Assembly (NCBI GenBank): GCA_973895155.1
Contig: OZ316897.1
Location: 1,204,515-1,268,514, forward strand
Reading direction: 5' to 3'
Length of the DNA stretch: 64,000 nt
Origin: Marsupella aquatica
Lineage: Eukaryota > Plantae > Marchantiophyta
Within the stretch, counting starts at the first letter, position 1. The number at the start of each line of letters is the position of its first letter. The translations under genes were made by a program, and so were the position numbers. Under the pieces are notes generated by a model. It was not told the DNA's origin. It did not search any database and saw nothing but the letters and a program-made list of their open reading frames with translations. This document shows, piece by piece, positions 23,625-36,700 of this stretch.

Positions 23625-25250
23625 TGTGACCGGGTTCCCGTCACTAAAAATCCTCGATAATTGTTTAACTGGGTTGTGCCATGTAAATAACCATTGTAAA
23701 TACCGTTTTTAAAATTTTTTGAAGTTACTTCCGTCATTATAAGTTGGTAATGCCCCGGCGGGCTTAACTTATTCTTTTTTCTCTCTCGCAATAGTTCTGA
23801 GGTTTACGACAACCTAAGCGAGCACTTGTAGGATTTACCGTTTAACTTGGGCTATTTTTGAGACCCCAATAGCAAGGTTTAAGGAGACAAACTTTAAGTT
23901 TTATGGTTTAAGGGGGGTTTAAACAAAATAAAGGGGGAAACCCCTTGTAAACAATGGGGGCTAAGAAGGGGTAGAATTGAGTGGGGCCAGGTGGAGCCCG
24001 GGAAGGCAAGCCCCCTCACTAAAGGGCTGCTGGTCCATAAGGGGCACCCCTAGGGCTTGACATGTGGAATCTTGGGGGCTAAGGAGGGAGCTCTGCGAGT
24101 AATAAGGATGAGAAGGGCGAGTGCCGGGGTGTGAGCCGGGCCAACGCATGGAGAGAGCCGGGAGGCGCAGTAGACAGAGCGCAGGAAGTCGGGGGGGAGG
24201 CTAATTTTATCCTCCCAAGAGGGGGCCAAACGGCAGCCGAGGCAAGCAAGCAGCCGGGAGGCGCAGCAGACGGGACGAAGACTGCCGGGGCAAAAAGGAA
24301 ATGCGCCCTGCATAGGGTGGCGTGAAGGAAGGGGGGAAAATTAAATTCCCCCAGCCTCGGAGGTGACAGGGCACAGTGCGAGCCCTGCATAGGGCCGTGT
24401 GCTGCCAGGTGGACGCTCCCACGAGCTGTGTGAGAGGGGGACGTGGGGCCGCGAGCTGGGGCACGCATTAGTTGTGTGGAGGGGGATTAAATCCCCCGAT
24501 TAAAGGAAGGACGGGGCCCACAGTTAGGTCCTCCCAGGAGGAGGCCGCAAGGCAGCAGCCGGGGCACCTGCCGGCAGCCGAGTGAGGAAACCGGGGGGGC
24601 TTATGGAGGCGAGAGAGAGAGAGAGAGGTACAAGGGGGAGTAAATGCTCCCCAACTAGTGGGAGGCAGGTACGGGGTATAGCGAGGGCGTGAGGTGGCAG
24701 CCGTGGACTGGAGCGCAAGTGAGGTACAGACGGGAGGCATCAGGCCGAGGCGCAACTGAATAAAGGGGGACAAGTGGTGCTCGATGGGAAGCCGCAAGCT
24801 AAGAAGGGCCATCCTTAAGTTAGTAAGGAAGGGGTTTTCTCCCCCTTCGTTTATTCTTTGGTTTTTTTCTTCTTCTCGTCTTTCTCCGCCACGCGCGACT
24901 CATTCCATTGCTGAAAGCAAACTTTGAGTTCTCACATCCCATGGCCGAAAGCTCTTGAGTGTCTCCCCAACTTTCTCAAGTGCCCCCTTGGTGCTTGGCT
25001 TGGAGAGGTAGGAAGTTGAATTGAAACCTCGTGACGGTAGCGCACCGACAACATCATTGAGTGACTTCTGGGAAATTGAGAGTGGTTCTTGATCGTGATA
25101 CGGGGGCCGTTCAGGCCAGGATTTAAATTCGGTGACGGGATTTTGTGATTGAGCTTTTTTTTGGAGCATGAATGCTTGATCAGCCCAAGTTCAGCGCGGC
25201 TTGCATTCGTAGATACAATGCCGCTTACCGTGAGTACATTGGGACACTAA

Positions 25251-27012
25251 TTGAGGAGGAGAGAAGAAAGAAGGGTAGCAATGAGCACTGGACCAACAAC
25301 AAGCCTCGCACCGGTTATGAGGAAGGTTTTTTGTCGAATTTACCCCAAGACCTCTGCCAAGGTGATGGAAGATTGCAAAGCTATGTTCCAGGCCATCGGG
25401 CTCACCGACTTCATGAGAGTAGAGATTAGAATCCCTCCAGGGAAGAGTTGGGACTTGGAGGCTGGAATGGAATTGGGCACGGAGGGGATTTATTTTGCAT
25501 GTATTCAGCGTTTGGTAACTCATGCAGAATTGGCTAAGCTTCTATTTTTGGAGAACCAGCAGTTCTCATTCATCCCCCGGAATTTAGCCGAGGATCTCAC
25601 GTTGACAATGGTGGCCTGCTGGGTGAACAATCCCACCTCCACCATGGCCATTCATCTCTCGGCTGTCAAGGATGCAGCACACGTCAAGGGATTTCTGGCC
25701 AAGGTTCACCAACGGGTCCTTGGTAATGTGAAATCCAGGGTAGTGAACGGGGAGCATTTCATAATTTCTCTGGATATTCAGAAACATCTAGCCCATGCTT
25801 ACAGATGGTGGTATTACGGATTGACCAAGCTATTGGCCGCTGATCCTATGAGTCTGAAACCGGGGGGAGCTTTGCATTTGATGGGGTCATTTTTGTTGGC
25901 CAGGGCAGAAGGATTGATTGCCTCCCCGGGCCCCAAAGAAGCTGGGTCATCCCTTACCATAGAAATCCGCAACATTGCCACTACCATCTTGGGGAAACTC
26001 ATGGAGGTGCCAATAGTGTCAACAGGAATGGGAAAAAGTCAAGTCGAGGAAGAAATCCAGGATGAGGAGTACACGTTGGAGTGGCTAGAATCTCTGGTGG
26101 GGAACCCCAAGGAGCCCCTTGCTTATGTCATTCCAGAGGTCTACTTGGCAGAATTACGGGATTTTTGTGAGGGGGCCCATGAGGGGCTCTGAAAGCTAGC
26201 CCACACATTGAGAGATGCGCTCTCAAGTAGGCCAACACAAGGGTGGAAACATTGCAGCAGGGTACCGCGTCGATGAAGGAGGTGATCAAAGCTAAGGAGG
26301 AGGCCACAAAAGAGAATGCCAAGCTTCTCCAGGCGGCTCAAGTGGAGATTTCTCACTTCTTGAGGGGGGCCTTGTCTACCAAGGCCAAAGAAGCGGAGGA
26401 AGTTGGGGTGTTGAGGGAAGCATTGGCCAAAGAGAAGCAGAATACGAGAGAAGTGGAGAGGTTAAGAGGTCAGATTGCAGAACTACGGAGTCAGGTGGGG
26501 ATCTTTGAGACTAGGGCCAAATGGAGTGAGGCCTTGAGTTTGGGGAAGCAGAAGAGTTCCTGCCCACCTTTCCCCTGACCTGGTCTCCAAGGCCATTGAA
26601 GTACGGTCCCCTGCTGGAAGCAGCCAAGAAGAATCAGGAGAAGAATAAGAGCTTGGAGAAGAAGCTCAAGGAGGTACGTAAGTCATTACGGGAGGCCCAG
26701 GTCAATATGGGAACCCCGGGGATGCCGCCCAGATCTGTGACACCAGGGACTCCTATGGCCACCGGGCAGGTTTTACCGTTGGAGTTGCAGTCCGGGGAGG
26801 AGGCTGCTTTGTGGAAGGATACCATCGGTGAGGGCTATGTCATGGCTTGGCAAGCCTTGGCGGCATTGAGGAAGCATGGGAGCACTAGCGGGAGGAATAC
26901 ACCTGTGAAGAAGAAGAGAAGCGGAGAAGTCTCCACTCCAATTGAGAGCGACGAAGAGACCAACTCACGGGGCTCAAGCCATGGCACTGTGAGTGAGAAG
27001 GAGGAGGACTAG
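25251..27012 (+). pseudogene. Retroelement accessory protein with coiled coil (arm A)
   Basis: ORFs 25251-26192, 26243-26578 and 26596-27012; clear paralogy to 31088-32426 (AKVHQR, WWY.GL, LMxSFLLAR, PEVYLAELRDF, GQVLPLEL). Confidence 0.7.
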
Positions 27013-27715
27013 GGTAGCCATACGGATTTGGTCGTATGATCTCTAGATTTTTAAACTTTTTGGAAAGGTGCACTCACGGGCTTGTTGGAAAGAGCTCACG
27101 GAGTTGATTTCAACAAGAGGCAGCGCTCCTCAAATGGAGCCAGGATGAGTAAGTTAGGGCCCGACAAAGTTGGTAAGTAAGTGATATTGAAATGGCCATA
27201 ACTCGGTCGTCCGACGTCCGTTTTGGGAGCGGTTTTGTGATTCATGATCAGAGGGAGTGGGGCTACCCAAGGGTGAGCTCAGAGGTGCAATCAGAATGGC
27301 ACCTAGTTTTGGCAATAGTGGGGTTCCTTGCATTTTTGCGGTTCACGGAGCAATGTTGGGGCGCCGTCAAAGGCACCGTCGGTTCCATAGTTAGATTAGG
27401 GTTTTAGAAGCATGTGTGTGCTGCATGCTTTAGGAATAGGGATTTCTTTCATGAAGGTTTTAGCGGCACCACTAGGGTAGCCGCCATTCTTGTGACCCCG
27501 TGAGGGGTGCTTTGGTGTGTTTTTTTTTAGTATTTAAGGGGAGAGCCCCGGAATAGTAGGGGGCAAATAAATCTAGTGTTCATTTTAGGGAAGTTAGCTC
27601 ATAGCCAGAAGGGGAAATCGAGCCAAAGTAGTGAGGTAGAGGTGTAGCGCTTGGCACAGTGAGGCAGGAGTTGGCCCGAAAATGTAAATTTTGATCAAGT
27701 CTACCGACTAGCCGG

Positions 27716-28347
27716 CTCATTCACAATTGGGTGTACCTTGCAGGAACCACTATCAGGACTCAAAAACATGTTTTTTTAGTGAAAAATGACTTTCGTAACA
27801 TGGAAAAAGGTTCATCATGATTTTATCTCAAGACATTTAAGTCTAATTTTTTCACAAGACTATTTTTCATGGTGTAACCTACCTCACCGTGTAGATACAT
27901 CAAAGTTTCAACTGTTTTAAGGGATCCTATTATTGATGGCCCTAAATAAGCCAAAATTACTAATTATTTTTGTCCTGTATATAAAGGTTTAGTGTGTGTC
28001 ACTATTTAAGTTTTGAAATATAAGATTATGCTATTAGTATGCATGCTTTGGTAAAATTTCATTATCTAAAATGCATTTTTTAGAGTCCTTTTGAGTCCTG
28101 AAATGATGTGACCCGTTGCGTGACAAGTCCTTTTATCAATCTTTGAAGGACATATAAGGAAAGCTTCAAAGTTTCAAATGCTAGATAGTTTAATGAATGT
28201 TATCAACCTATAGGATGTTTATTAAGTATAGTACATCAAATTTTCTATATCATCTTATTACATCCTAAAAATGATATCCTAAAGCATAATAAACTATGGT
28301 CACTTTTGAGTGTGACGTTCCTTTTGGGTCCTCCAATTGTGAATGAG
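27716..28347. mobile_element. MITE with a perfect 15-bp TIR CTCATTCACAATTGG
   Basis: 27716-27730 and reverse complement at 28333-28347; AT-rich interior; TSD unresolved. Confidence 0.7.
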
Positions 28348-28522
28348 GCCAACCGCTCTGTTTTTGATCAAGTCTTATGGACTACGCCACACACACACTC
28401 CTACTGGTCGTTGGTGGAGTGCTGTCACCACCCCTCCTACTCACATGGTTGACCAAACCGTGCAAGGATTCCTTAGACACTTCTTGGGAAAGAACACAAT
28501 CGTGAACCAGAAAAGGTAAAGA

Positions 28523-30230
28523 TGTTGTATAGATGGAAGAATCAAAAGTGTCTCTTATCACTTAAAAACTTGAGTTTCGATCCCTTTAAGAACAGAACTA
28601 GATTGAATTGAACATTTTTATCTTTTTGAGAGTTTTAGAGCCTCTTACTCTCTATTATTCACATTTACTCCTAATCAGTAGTAAACAAATTAATCAAAAC
28701 AAACACAAATGGTCTTCTGAGTTATAGGAGAGAATAAGCTTAGACTAAGATGATTTAATTAGCATTTTAACATTGCCACTCCTTAAGAAAGGACTCTGGT
28801 CTTAGCATGTATAGAATGGTAACTTGCTATCAATCTTCAATCAACCTTTCTCTTTAACCTATAATAATGTTGATTGTGGGAATTCTGCTCACCAAACCCA
28901 GGGTAATTTTCTGGTTACAAATGCAATGATAAACTTTAAGATGCCGTCAACATGATTCGACTAAGTATGATACATGACTTAAGTCAAATTCTAAAGTTTA
29001 TTCCAGTGCATAGTAATTGGTACTAATTACTCTGAGAATGGAATTTTGCCTCTCACAAACAAAATTCATCCTCAAATTGGCTAACGAATCTCGTCACAGC
29101 AAGTAAGCTTAGCAGTGAATTCGATGTGAATCTCAGAAGCTAATTATTAAACTCAATCACCACAAATGTGTCATGAATTTAATCATACTTCAAAATCAAG
29201 CTTTACTTCCATACAAGACCTTGACTCTCCAAGTCTTGTTACAATGGAAGGAGGAGAATTAGATAGCAAATTCCAAACTGAATAAGATTCTCTTTTCCCA
29301 TGGAGTAACTTTAAAAGACTTTATAGGTTTGGAAGCCTAACATAAAGGAGGTATGGAAATGTATACCCTTTTGAGACTAACAAAACTTGACAAAATATGA
29401 TTCTAATACTAAGTTCCAACAAAAACTAAGTCTAAGTGTTGAAATGGCTAAGTGTCATTAAACTTTTCTAATAGAATATAAGATTTGACTAGATTTCTAT
29501 ATTTTTAATTCCTCATAACTAACACCCAAAATGCTGATTTTCCTACAGTGGCTTGTACTACCTTCAATCTGCAAGCAGGAAAAATCTCAGACTTTTCTGA
29601 GTGGTCTAAGTACTTCAAAGAAATTGGATAAAAGTGTTGTTGGATGGAAATTGAATTTAACACAGATGTTTTTAAGTGTCGGAAACTAAGTACGTGGACG
29701 CTTTGCAAACCGTCAGAGTATTGGGGACACTTTCAGGAGCGTCCATACTTTTGTCATCGGGGTTAGGGACATTTTCCAAGGCGTCAAGTCTTGAAGTCGG
29801 ACGCTTTCAGAAGCGTCATAATTTTGGTGGACGCTTTCAGGAAGCGTCCAAAAAAGAATACTGTAGACAAAGACTTAGTAACTTTGAAAAAATCATAACT
29901 TCTTAACGGCTGCTCCGATGAAGCTCAAATCTTGCTAGGATAATCTCCTATGTTCATTCCATTTGCTGCCCAAGTTTCAGACATTTCTGAGGTCTCTATC
30001 ATTTTAAATAAAATAGGAGGAGATTTAACTTTGTAATCTACGTCAAACACTTAGAATCTGTGCAGAAACTAAGTTTCTTCACAAAAAGACTGCAAAAATT
30101 TGGGAATAAGCTCCAAACAAGGTAATCCAAACAAAATGTCCATCCACAATGCCACACCAAAACTTGAGGAATCAAACCAAATCCATATCTTTTGGCAAAA
30201 CGTCGTAACACATTGCAAGGACAACCTGGC
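28523..30230 (-). repeat. Diverged LTR of the gypsy family at 39515-48104
   Basis: Reverse-complement matches such as TTTCGATCCCTTTAAGAACAG, ATGCCGTCAACATG, TTGTTACAATGGAAGGAGGAGAA and the GACGCT..AGCGTC array; right end approximate. Confidence 0.82.
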
Positions 30231-30242
30231 CTCCTGCCGTCT

Positions 30243-33200
30243 GCCCAACTCCCTCCTCACTGGGGCAAGTGCTACACCTCTACCTCACTACGCTGGCTTG
30301 ATTCCCTCTTTTGGCTATGAGCTAACTTCCCTCAAACCAACACTAGACTCAGGTCCCCCCCTTCACTACTCCGGGGCTCTCCCCCTAAATACTCAAAACA
30401 ACACACCAAAGCACCCCTCACGGGGTCACAAGGATGGCGGCTACCCTAGCGGCGCCGCTAAAACCCTTCACAAAGAAATCCCTAACCTAAAACATGCGGC
30501 ACACACATGCTCCTGAAAACCCTAAACTAACTACGGGACCATCGGTGCCTTCGACGGTGCCAACCGTAATCATCCGTAGTCTCGGGGAAGTGAGGGGGCC
30601 ACTCATGGTTGAAACCTCAAATATGTCCAACTACTGCCCTGAGGGGAGCCTTGCATAGCTTTGCTCCTCCTGATCACGAATCCGTAAACGGCTCCGCAAA
30701 TAGACTCCGGACGACCCAGTTATGGCCGTTTCAGTATCCCGTACCAACCAACTTCGCGGGGCCCTATCTTCCTCATCCTGGCAAGATGTGACATCTTGCC
30801 CTATCTTCCAACAAGCCCGTGATTTCCCTCATCCATGGTGTTGCATAATTCAAAATCCGTACGACCAACGTCCGTACACCTCACTAGTCTTCTCTCGACT
30901 CACTCATGGAACCAGGACTCCACCCCCTAGAATCCTCACTACCAGCGCCTCCCAATGATGTGGGTGTAACAGTCCCAATCCTCCGTACCAGGGGAGTCCT
31001 TCCCGGGGTTTGGCCAGAGGTCCTTCGTCTCCTCAAGGCCGCCAAAGCCTGCCAGGCCCTCACATAGCCTTGGCTGACCGTGTCCTTTCATAGAGCGGCT
31101 TCCTCCCCTCCCCGCAATTCCAAGGGTAAGACCTGACCGGTAGCCAAAGGGGTTCCTAGGTTTGCGGTCCTGGGTGGCATATCCAACATTCCTGCTATCC
31201 CTTGACTAGGTGAGACTTCCGTTAGTAATGACGGAGACACGATGGCCCCGTGACTCCCTTGGGTTTCCCGTAATGATTTACGGGACTCCCATAACTTCTT
31301 CTCCAATATCTTACACTTCTCCTTGTTTTTCCTTGCTGAATCCAACATGGGCCCATATTCTGAGTCACCTCTGTTACCACCATCTCTATAGCCTTAGAGA
31401 CCAAGTCAGGGGGAGAGTAGGGCTAGGTGAGGATGGGCTTTTCCTCTTCCCCAACCTCAACATGTCGTTTCTCTTGGCCCTGGTCTCATGGAGCCCAACC
31501 TGACCCCGTAACTCCACAACTTGTCGCTTCAGTCTCTCCACCTCACCGGTGCTCTGCTTGAGCTTGGCCAATTCTTCCCTCAAAGCCTCCACCTCTAATG
31601 CTTCCTTAGCCTTGGTAGACAAGGCTCCGTGTAACTGAGAAATCTGAACCTGTGCCTCCGTAAGTTGTTTACCTTGCTCTTGGATTATCACCTCCTTAGC
31701 CTTTATTACTTCCTTCAAGGCCTGGTTGCTTGTCTGCAAGGTTTCCATCCTGGCGTTGGCTTGGTTGAGGGCCTCTCTCAAGGTTTGGCACAACTTCAGT
31801 CCCTCATGCACCCCCTCGCGGAAATCACGTAATTCAGCCAAATATACCTCGGGCACATCGTAATCAAGGGGCTCCTCCGGATTCCCCACAAGCGACTCCA
31901 TCCACTCCACCGTGCTATCTTCATCCGGGTCCTCTTCGGTAGTGATGTTGGCTGTTGGTTCAGACGGTGATTCCTTCGCGAGACTACCCAAGATGGTAGT
32001 TGCAATCCTCCGTATTTCCGTGGTGAAGGGTGGCACCGCTTCTCCAGTCTCCGGAGAGGGGAGGAGCCCCTCTGACCTGGCCAAGAGGAATGACACCATC
32101 AAATGCACGCTTCCTCCGGACTTCACATTTTTAGGATCCATGGCCAACGTTTTCTTCAGCCCAAAGTACCACCATCCGTAAGTGTGACTTGGGTGAGCTT
32201 TGATGTCATTGGCAATAGCCAATTGATCTCCACTCACCATTCCAGATTGCCTTCGGCCAAGCATCCGTTGGTGTATCTTGGCCACCAACCCCTTGAAAGC
32301 TGGTTCCTTGAATGATGAAAGGGGAATGTTGGTCACGGAGGTGGGATCTCTCACAACTCTAGCCAGCTGTTCCAACATAAGTATCCCTGGTGGCTCCGTT
32401 GGCTGAAAAGTGAACGGACAACTCATTCACATTCGGCTCCTTCACCCTAAACTCCTTCCTTCACTCGTATCACAATTCACTCTCTGGCCCAAAGAAAAAT
32501 CTCGATAACACAATCAAATGCCCACAGCCAGACCACCAAGAAAACTGTCACAAAAAGTCTCACGTACACGGCAATTATCCGACAATTATCCCCCAAATCC
32601 TTGCTTCCCTTAGCCCGAACGGTTCCCATGTCACGATTGGCTCCACCCCTATCACCAGGGCACCCCGACGCTGTCGTCACAAATGTTTCTGAAGCAAGCA
32701 TTCAATCCTCCAACACCACTCAATGCCGGGCTCCGGGAAAAGAACTAGGAAAACAACTAGAGAGAAAAACTCTGGGAAAATTGGAGAACTAGGATGCACT
32801 TTACAAAGGAAGTAGTTTTGAGGGAAGCTTTCGGCATCTCAAGGGAAGCGAAAAAAATCAAGGGAAAGAAAAAGGGGCGTGGTTTCCTTAAGGGCATAAG
32901 CCCCTTTTTATGTGTGCTTCGGGGTGCCAGGTGCCTCATATTGCCCCTTCCCCGTCTGGTCCTACTCGCCCAAGGATTAGGGAGTATTTACCCCCTTACG
33001 TGCGCCTACCTGCCTCCCGGAAGTTGGGGCTTAATTTGCCCCAACCACTACCTCCTACCTGCCTTTCGAAGTCTCCCGAAGCCTCCCTCCACCTGCCAGC
33101 TCCTTCCTACGCGCGGCCCTCTTACCCGGATCCTCCAAGGCCGGGGGATTTAATCCCCCCAACCTCAACACGCAGCCCTATGCAGGGGGCATTTTCCCTG

Positions 33201-33793
33201 CCTTGGCAGCTTTCCTTTTGGGCTTTGGCTGCTTTGCGCCTCCACCTTGCGCCCTGGCAGCACTCACCCGAGCAGCACTCACCCTGGCATCCTTATGGGG
33301 GTTTTAAATCCCATTTTCTCCCCGCGCCCATCCTTCGCGCCCCGGCTGCTCACCATGGCCGCCCACTCGCGGGCTTGCCCCATCAGGCAGCGCCCTTGAG
33401 AAGGGCTCGCCTCCCTATGCAGGGGCTCGCCCCGGCTGTTTCCTTGCCCTAGCTGCTGACGTGCTTGCGGGCTCACCAAAGTGCCCCGGCCAAGCCTGCC
33501 ACTCGTGGCAACCCCTCAAACGGGGGATAATAATTCCCCCCCTTAGGCTCCCTTTTATTCCTCTTTTTACAAGGGGGTCTCAACGATAGCTCAAGCAAAA
33601 CGGTAAGTCCTATGGGGTTGGCCCTAGCGCTTTTTAAGGTCCCAAAATATCTGCTTAGGTCGCCAAAAATCTTAGAACTGTTACGAGAGAAAGAATATAA
33701 AGTCACTCGGGGCATCATCAACCTATAATGGCGGAATTAACTAAAAGTTTGTAAAAACAGCTTATTTACAGTGGCTATTAACAAGGCACACCC
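30243..33793. mobile_element. LTR-like arm A' (inverted paralogue of arm A), probably continuing at 39253-39324 beyond the LINE
   Basis: Inverted similarity to 23670-27680; TATA-like CCTAAATAC near 30385 and telo-box AAACCCTAA near 30517 on +. Confidence 0.68.
31088..32426 (-). pseudogene. Retroelement accessory protein with coiled coil (arm A')
   Basis: 346-aa and 86-aa ORFs, roughly half identical by eye to the arm A protein. Confidence 0.7.
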
Positions 33794-36700
33794 CTCTGCA
33801 ACCCATTATTTGTGATTTTGAGTGACATGGACCTCGTCACACTATGGGACACTGAAAGGGAGATCCCGGCTAGCGCTCGGATTAGAATTAGAGATGACTT
33901 TATAATCTGGCAGCCTGTTACATTCAGGAACATCCCGTATCATTGCTTTAAATGCAACCTTAAAGGTCATCTAGCTAGAGACTGTGTCATGGGAAGCACG
34001 GAAGTGGAGAATGAAGCTCCGAGATTATCTAAGAAGACTTTGGACCCGGTGGCTACCCTTACCGGGTGGCTGAAGTGGCAACGGATCCTCCTTCAGCGGT
34101 AGCTGAGGTACGTACTGATGGTCTTCAGCTTAAGCCTGGTATGGTTCCAGGTCATACTGGAGTGGAAGCAGACTGTATATTGCAGGTGGAAAATATTTTG
34201 TTGCAGGCTAGACAGTGGTACACAAGGAGGAATTATTGGGGCTGCACCTGTGACTGTCGGTGATCAGAATGGTAGCGGACCGTCTGGGGTTTTCAGGTTG
34301 GGGGTCGGACCCTCTTTTCTTGTGGACCCTGGGGATGCTGGTGTGCACCTGGACACTTTGGGGCTTGACGAGAGGGGGACAGGGGACAATGGTGAAGGAG
34401 TTGACGGGGGAAGGAGCCTGGGTGAAGCTAGGCCTAACACTTTGCTGCAGCCGGGGACTGTTGGTGCTGATGACTACTCATTTCATGGGGATACTGACAT
34501 GGAGCTCTCAAAGTACGAAGTATACATATCACAAAGTCAAACTAAACTTAGAGCCAAGAAACAAGAGCTGAGAACCCCCCCGAATCGCAAACTGGAAAAA
34601 GATAAGATGGAAGGGAAAAAACAGCGCTCCTTAAGCTTCTCACATGAGCCGTTGTTGGTTGCAGAGGGAAGTGGACCGGGAGGTGTTCCTGCTGCCACTG
34701 AGGAGGCTGGGGAGATAGCGGAACATATGGGTGGGTCTGCTAGGAGCTTGACTCCACTGGTTACTTCTTCTCCTGTGGGGACTCGGATCCTGAGTAACCC
34801 GGTACTAGGGGTCACTCCCCCGGCTGAAAGAATTGGCAGGGTGGCCTCACCTGGGGCTCGTCCTTGTATCTAGGTGAGGGGGATTGTTGGATCCTCGGGC
34901 TTACCTCTGTTGGATAGCCTGAATGGATAGCCCGTGGAAAATTGCCTTTTGGAATGTGTGCGGGCTGTGTGAGCCCAATAGGAAACATGTGATCAAAAAC
35001 TGGGCCGTGGCATTAAGGCCCCCTCTGGATATATTTGCATTACAAGAAGTGAAGTCAGAACAGTTCAGATTGGACATTGCCCTACGTACTATTCTACCAC
35101 TGTATCAACACTTCTCTACGGCCCCGGATGAGGGACATGGGGGGTCAGCCCTGCTCATGCATACAACCCTTGCTTAAAGTGATTAGATCCGGTACACTTG
35201 AGCTTGGGAGAGCGGTATGGGTGATTATTGAGCATACTAGTGATCTGATTGGAGTGGTAAGTGTGTATGCCCCCAACTCTGCAAGACAACGGGATTTGTT
35301 ATGGCATGATCTCAAGGTAGAAATGCCACAAGCAAACTGGATTTTGTGCGGTGATTTCAACATGACTGAATCTAGGATGGTATCATCGAGCGGATCCTCC
35401 TTACTGAAGGGACAGGAGGCAGAATTTTGGTGTTTTTTACAAGTGCGATTGGATCTTATTGATGTGTATAACCTGGGCCGCACAGTGATAGGATCAAGAT
35501 GCACGTGGAGACGCCTCCGGCATGCAAACCTCACCCAGTCTAGACTGGACAGGTTTTACCTTAGTGGTCTTGGAGGTTGGATTGTTGGCACTGTGGAGCT
35601 AATTAACTCATGATGGGGGCTCGTCACTGTCGGACCATGATCCCATTGTGGCTGTTTTGCGCTTTCAGATTGAGGAGAGGGAATCTGAAAGAGATAAGTC
35701 CCACTTTTTTAAAGCTAACCCATACATACTTCGGGATCCAAAGAATATTGATCAATTGGAGGCTGCCTGGTGGGCGGGGGGGGGAGGGCAAGGTGAACCC
35801 TCATAGTTTGCATTTCTCTTGTGCATGTAATAGACTGCGGAAAAAATATATGGAGCTGCAATCCTCACCAAGATAGTCTGAGGAGGAGATGAACTTTTTG
35901 AGAGATAAAGTGAGAATACTTAAGACTACTATTGTAGATGAATACTCACTTGATGAACTGACAGAGTTTCTGCAATGGGAGGACATGCTTCACGTAGCTG
36001 AAGTCGAGACGGCGCACCAGGCCAGACGGTTAGCCAGAATTCGATGGCTGGGAGAAGGGGAGGAATCAACTAAATTTTATTTTGCCACAGTCAAGGCTAA
36101 AAAAGAGAGAGAAGCTATGAGGATGCTGGTAAAGGAGGGTGGATCGGTACTTACAGATTTCAAGGACATCATTGGGGAAGTAGAGCAGCAATGTGAGGAG
36201 CTGTACTCTCCTGGGCAACCATCTGAGGAGGAGCTACTAGAATGCAGGTGCAATAGGGATATAAGCTATTGCAGAATACCAAATCGGCATTCACGGCTGC
36301 GGAGATACACAGGATGGAGGCACTTCCTACGATCTCCGAGGTGAAAGAGGTGTTGTGGCTTCTCCCGAAGGACAAGGCCCGTGGGACGGATGGGTTCACG
36401 GCTGAGGTATACAAGGCCTGTTGGGAGTTCATGAAGGATGATATGGTGGCAATGATACAGGATTTCTGGCTCACAAGCGACTGGCTGCTGAGATCAAGGA
36501 TGGCCTGATAAAGCTGATACTTGAAGGACTGGTGCCCTTTGACGATGCTTAACACTAGCTACAAAATCCTGGCCAAAGTGATCGCTTTGCGAATTAAGCA
36601 CCTGCTATGTAATCTGATCAGCCCTCAGCAGACCGGGCCGGGTTTATCCCGGGTAGACATATCTTAGAGAATATTTCGCTTGCTTGGCTTACAAGTGACT

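Larger units (their letters stand above)
23625..28445. mobile_element. LTR-like arm A (~4.2 kb plus MITE) carrying an accessory ORF
   Basis: TGTGA..TCACA (right end tentative); homologous in inverted orientation to 30243-33793 over coding and non-coding parts. Confidence 0.6.

Noticed and set aside
23961-24812. Cluster of overlapping GC-rich ORFs (likewise 32794-33479)
   Set aside because: Low-complexity GC-rich non-coding part of the LTR-like arms; no protein conservation between the two arms
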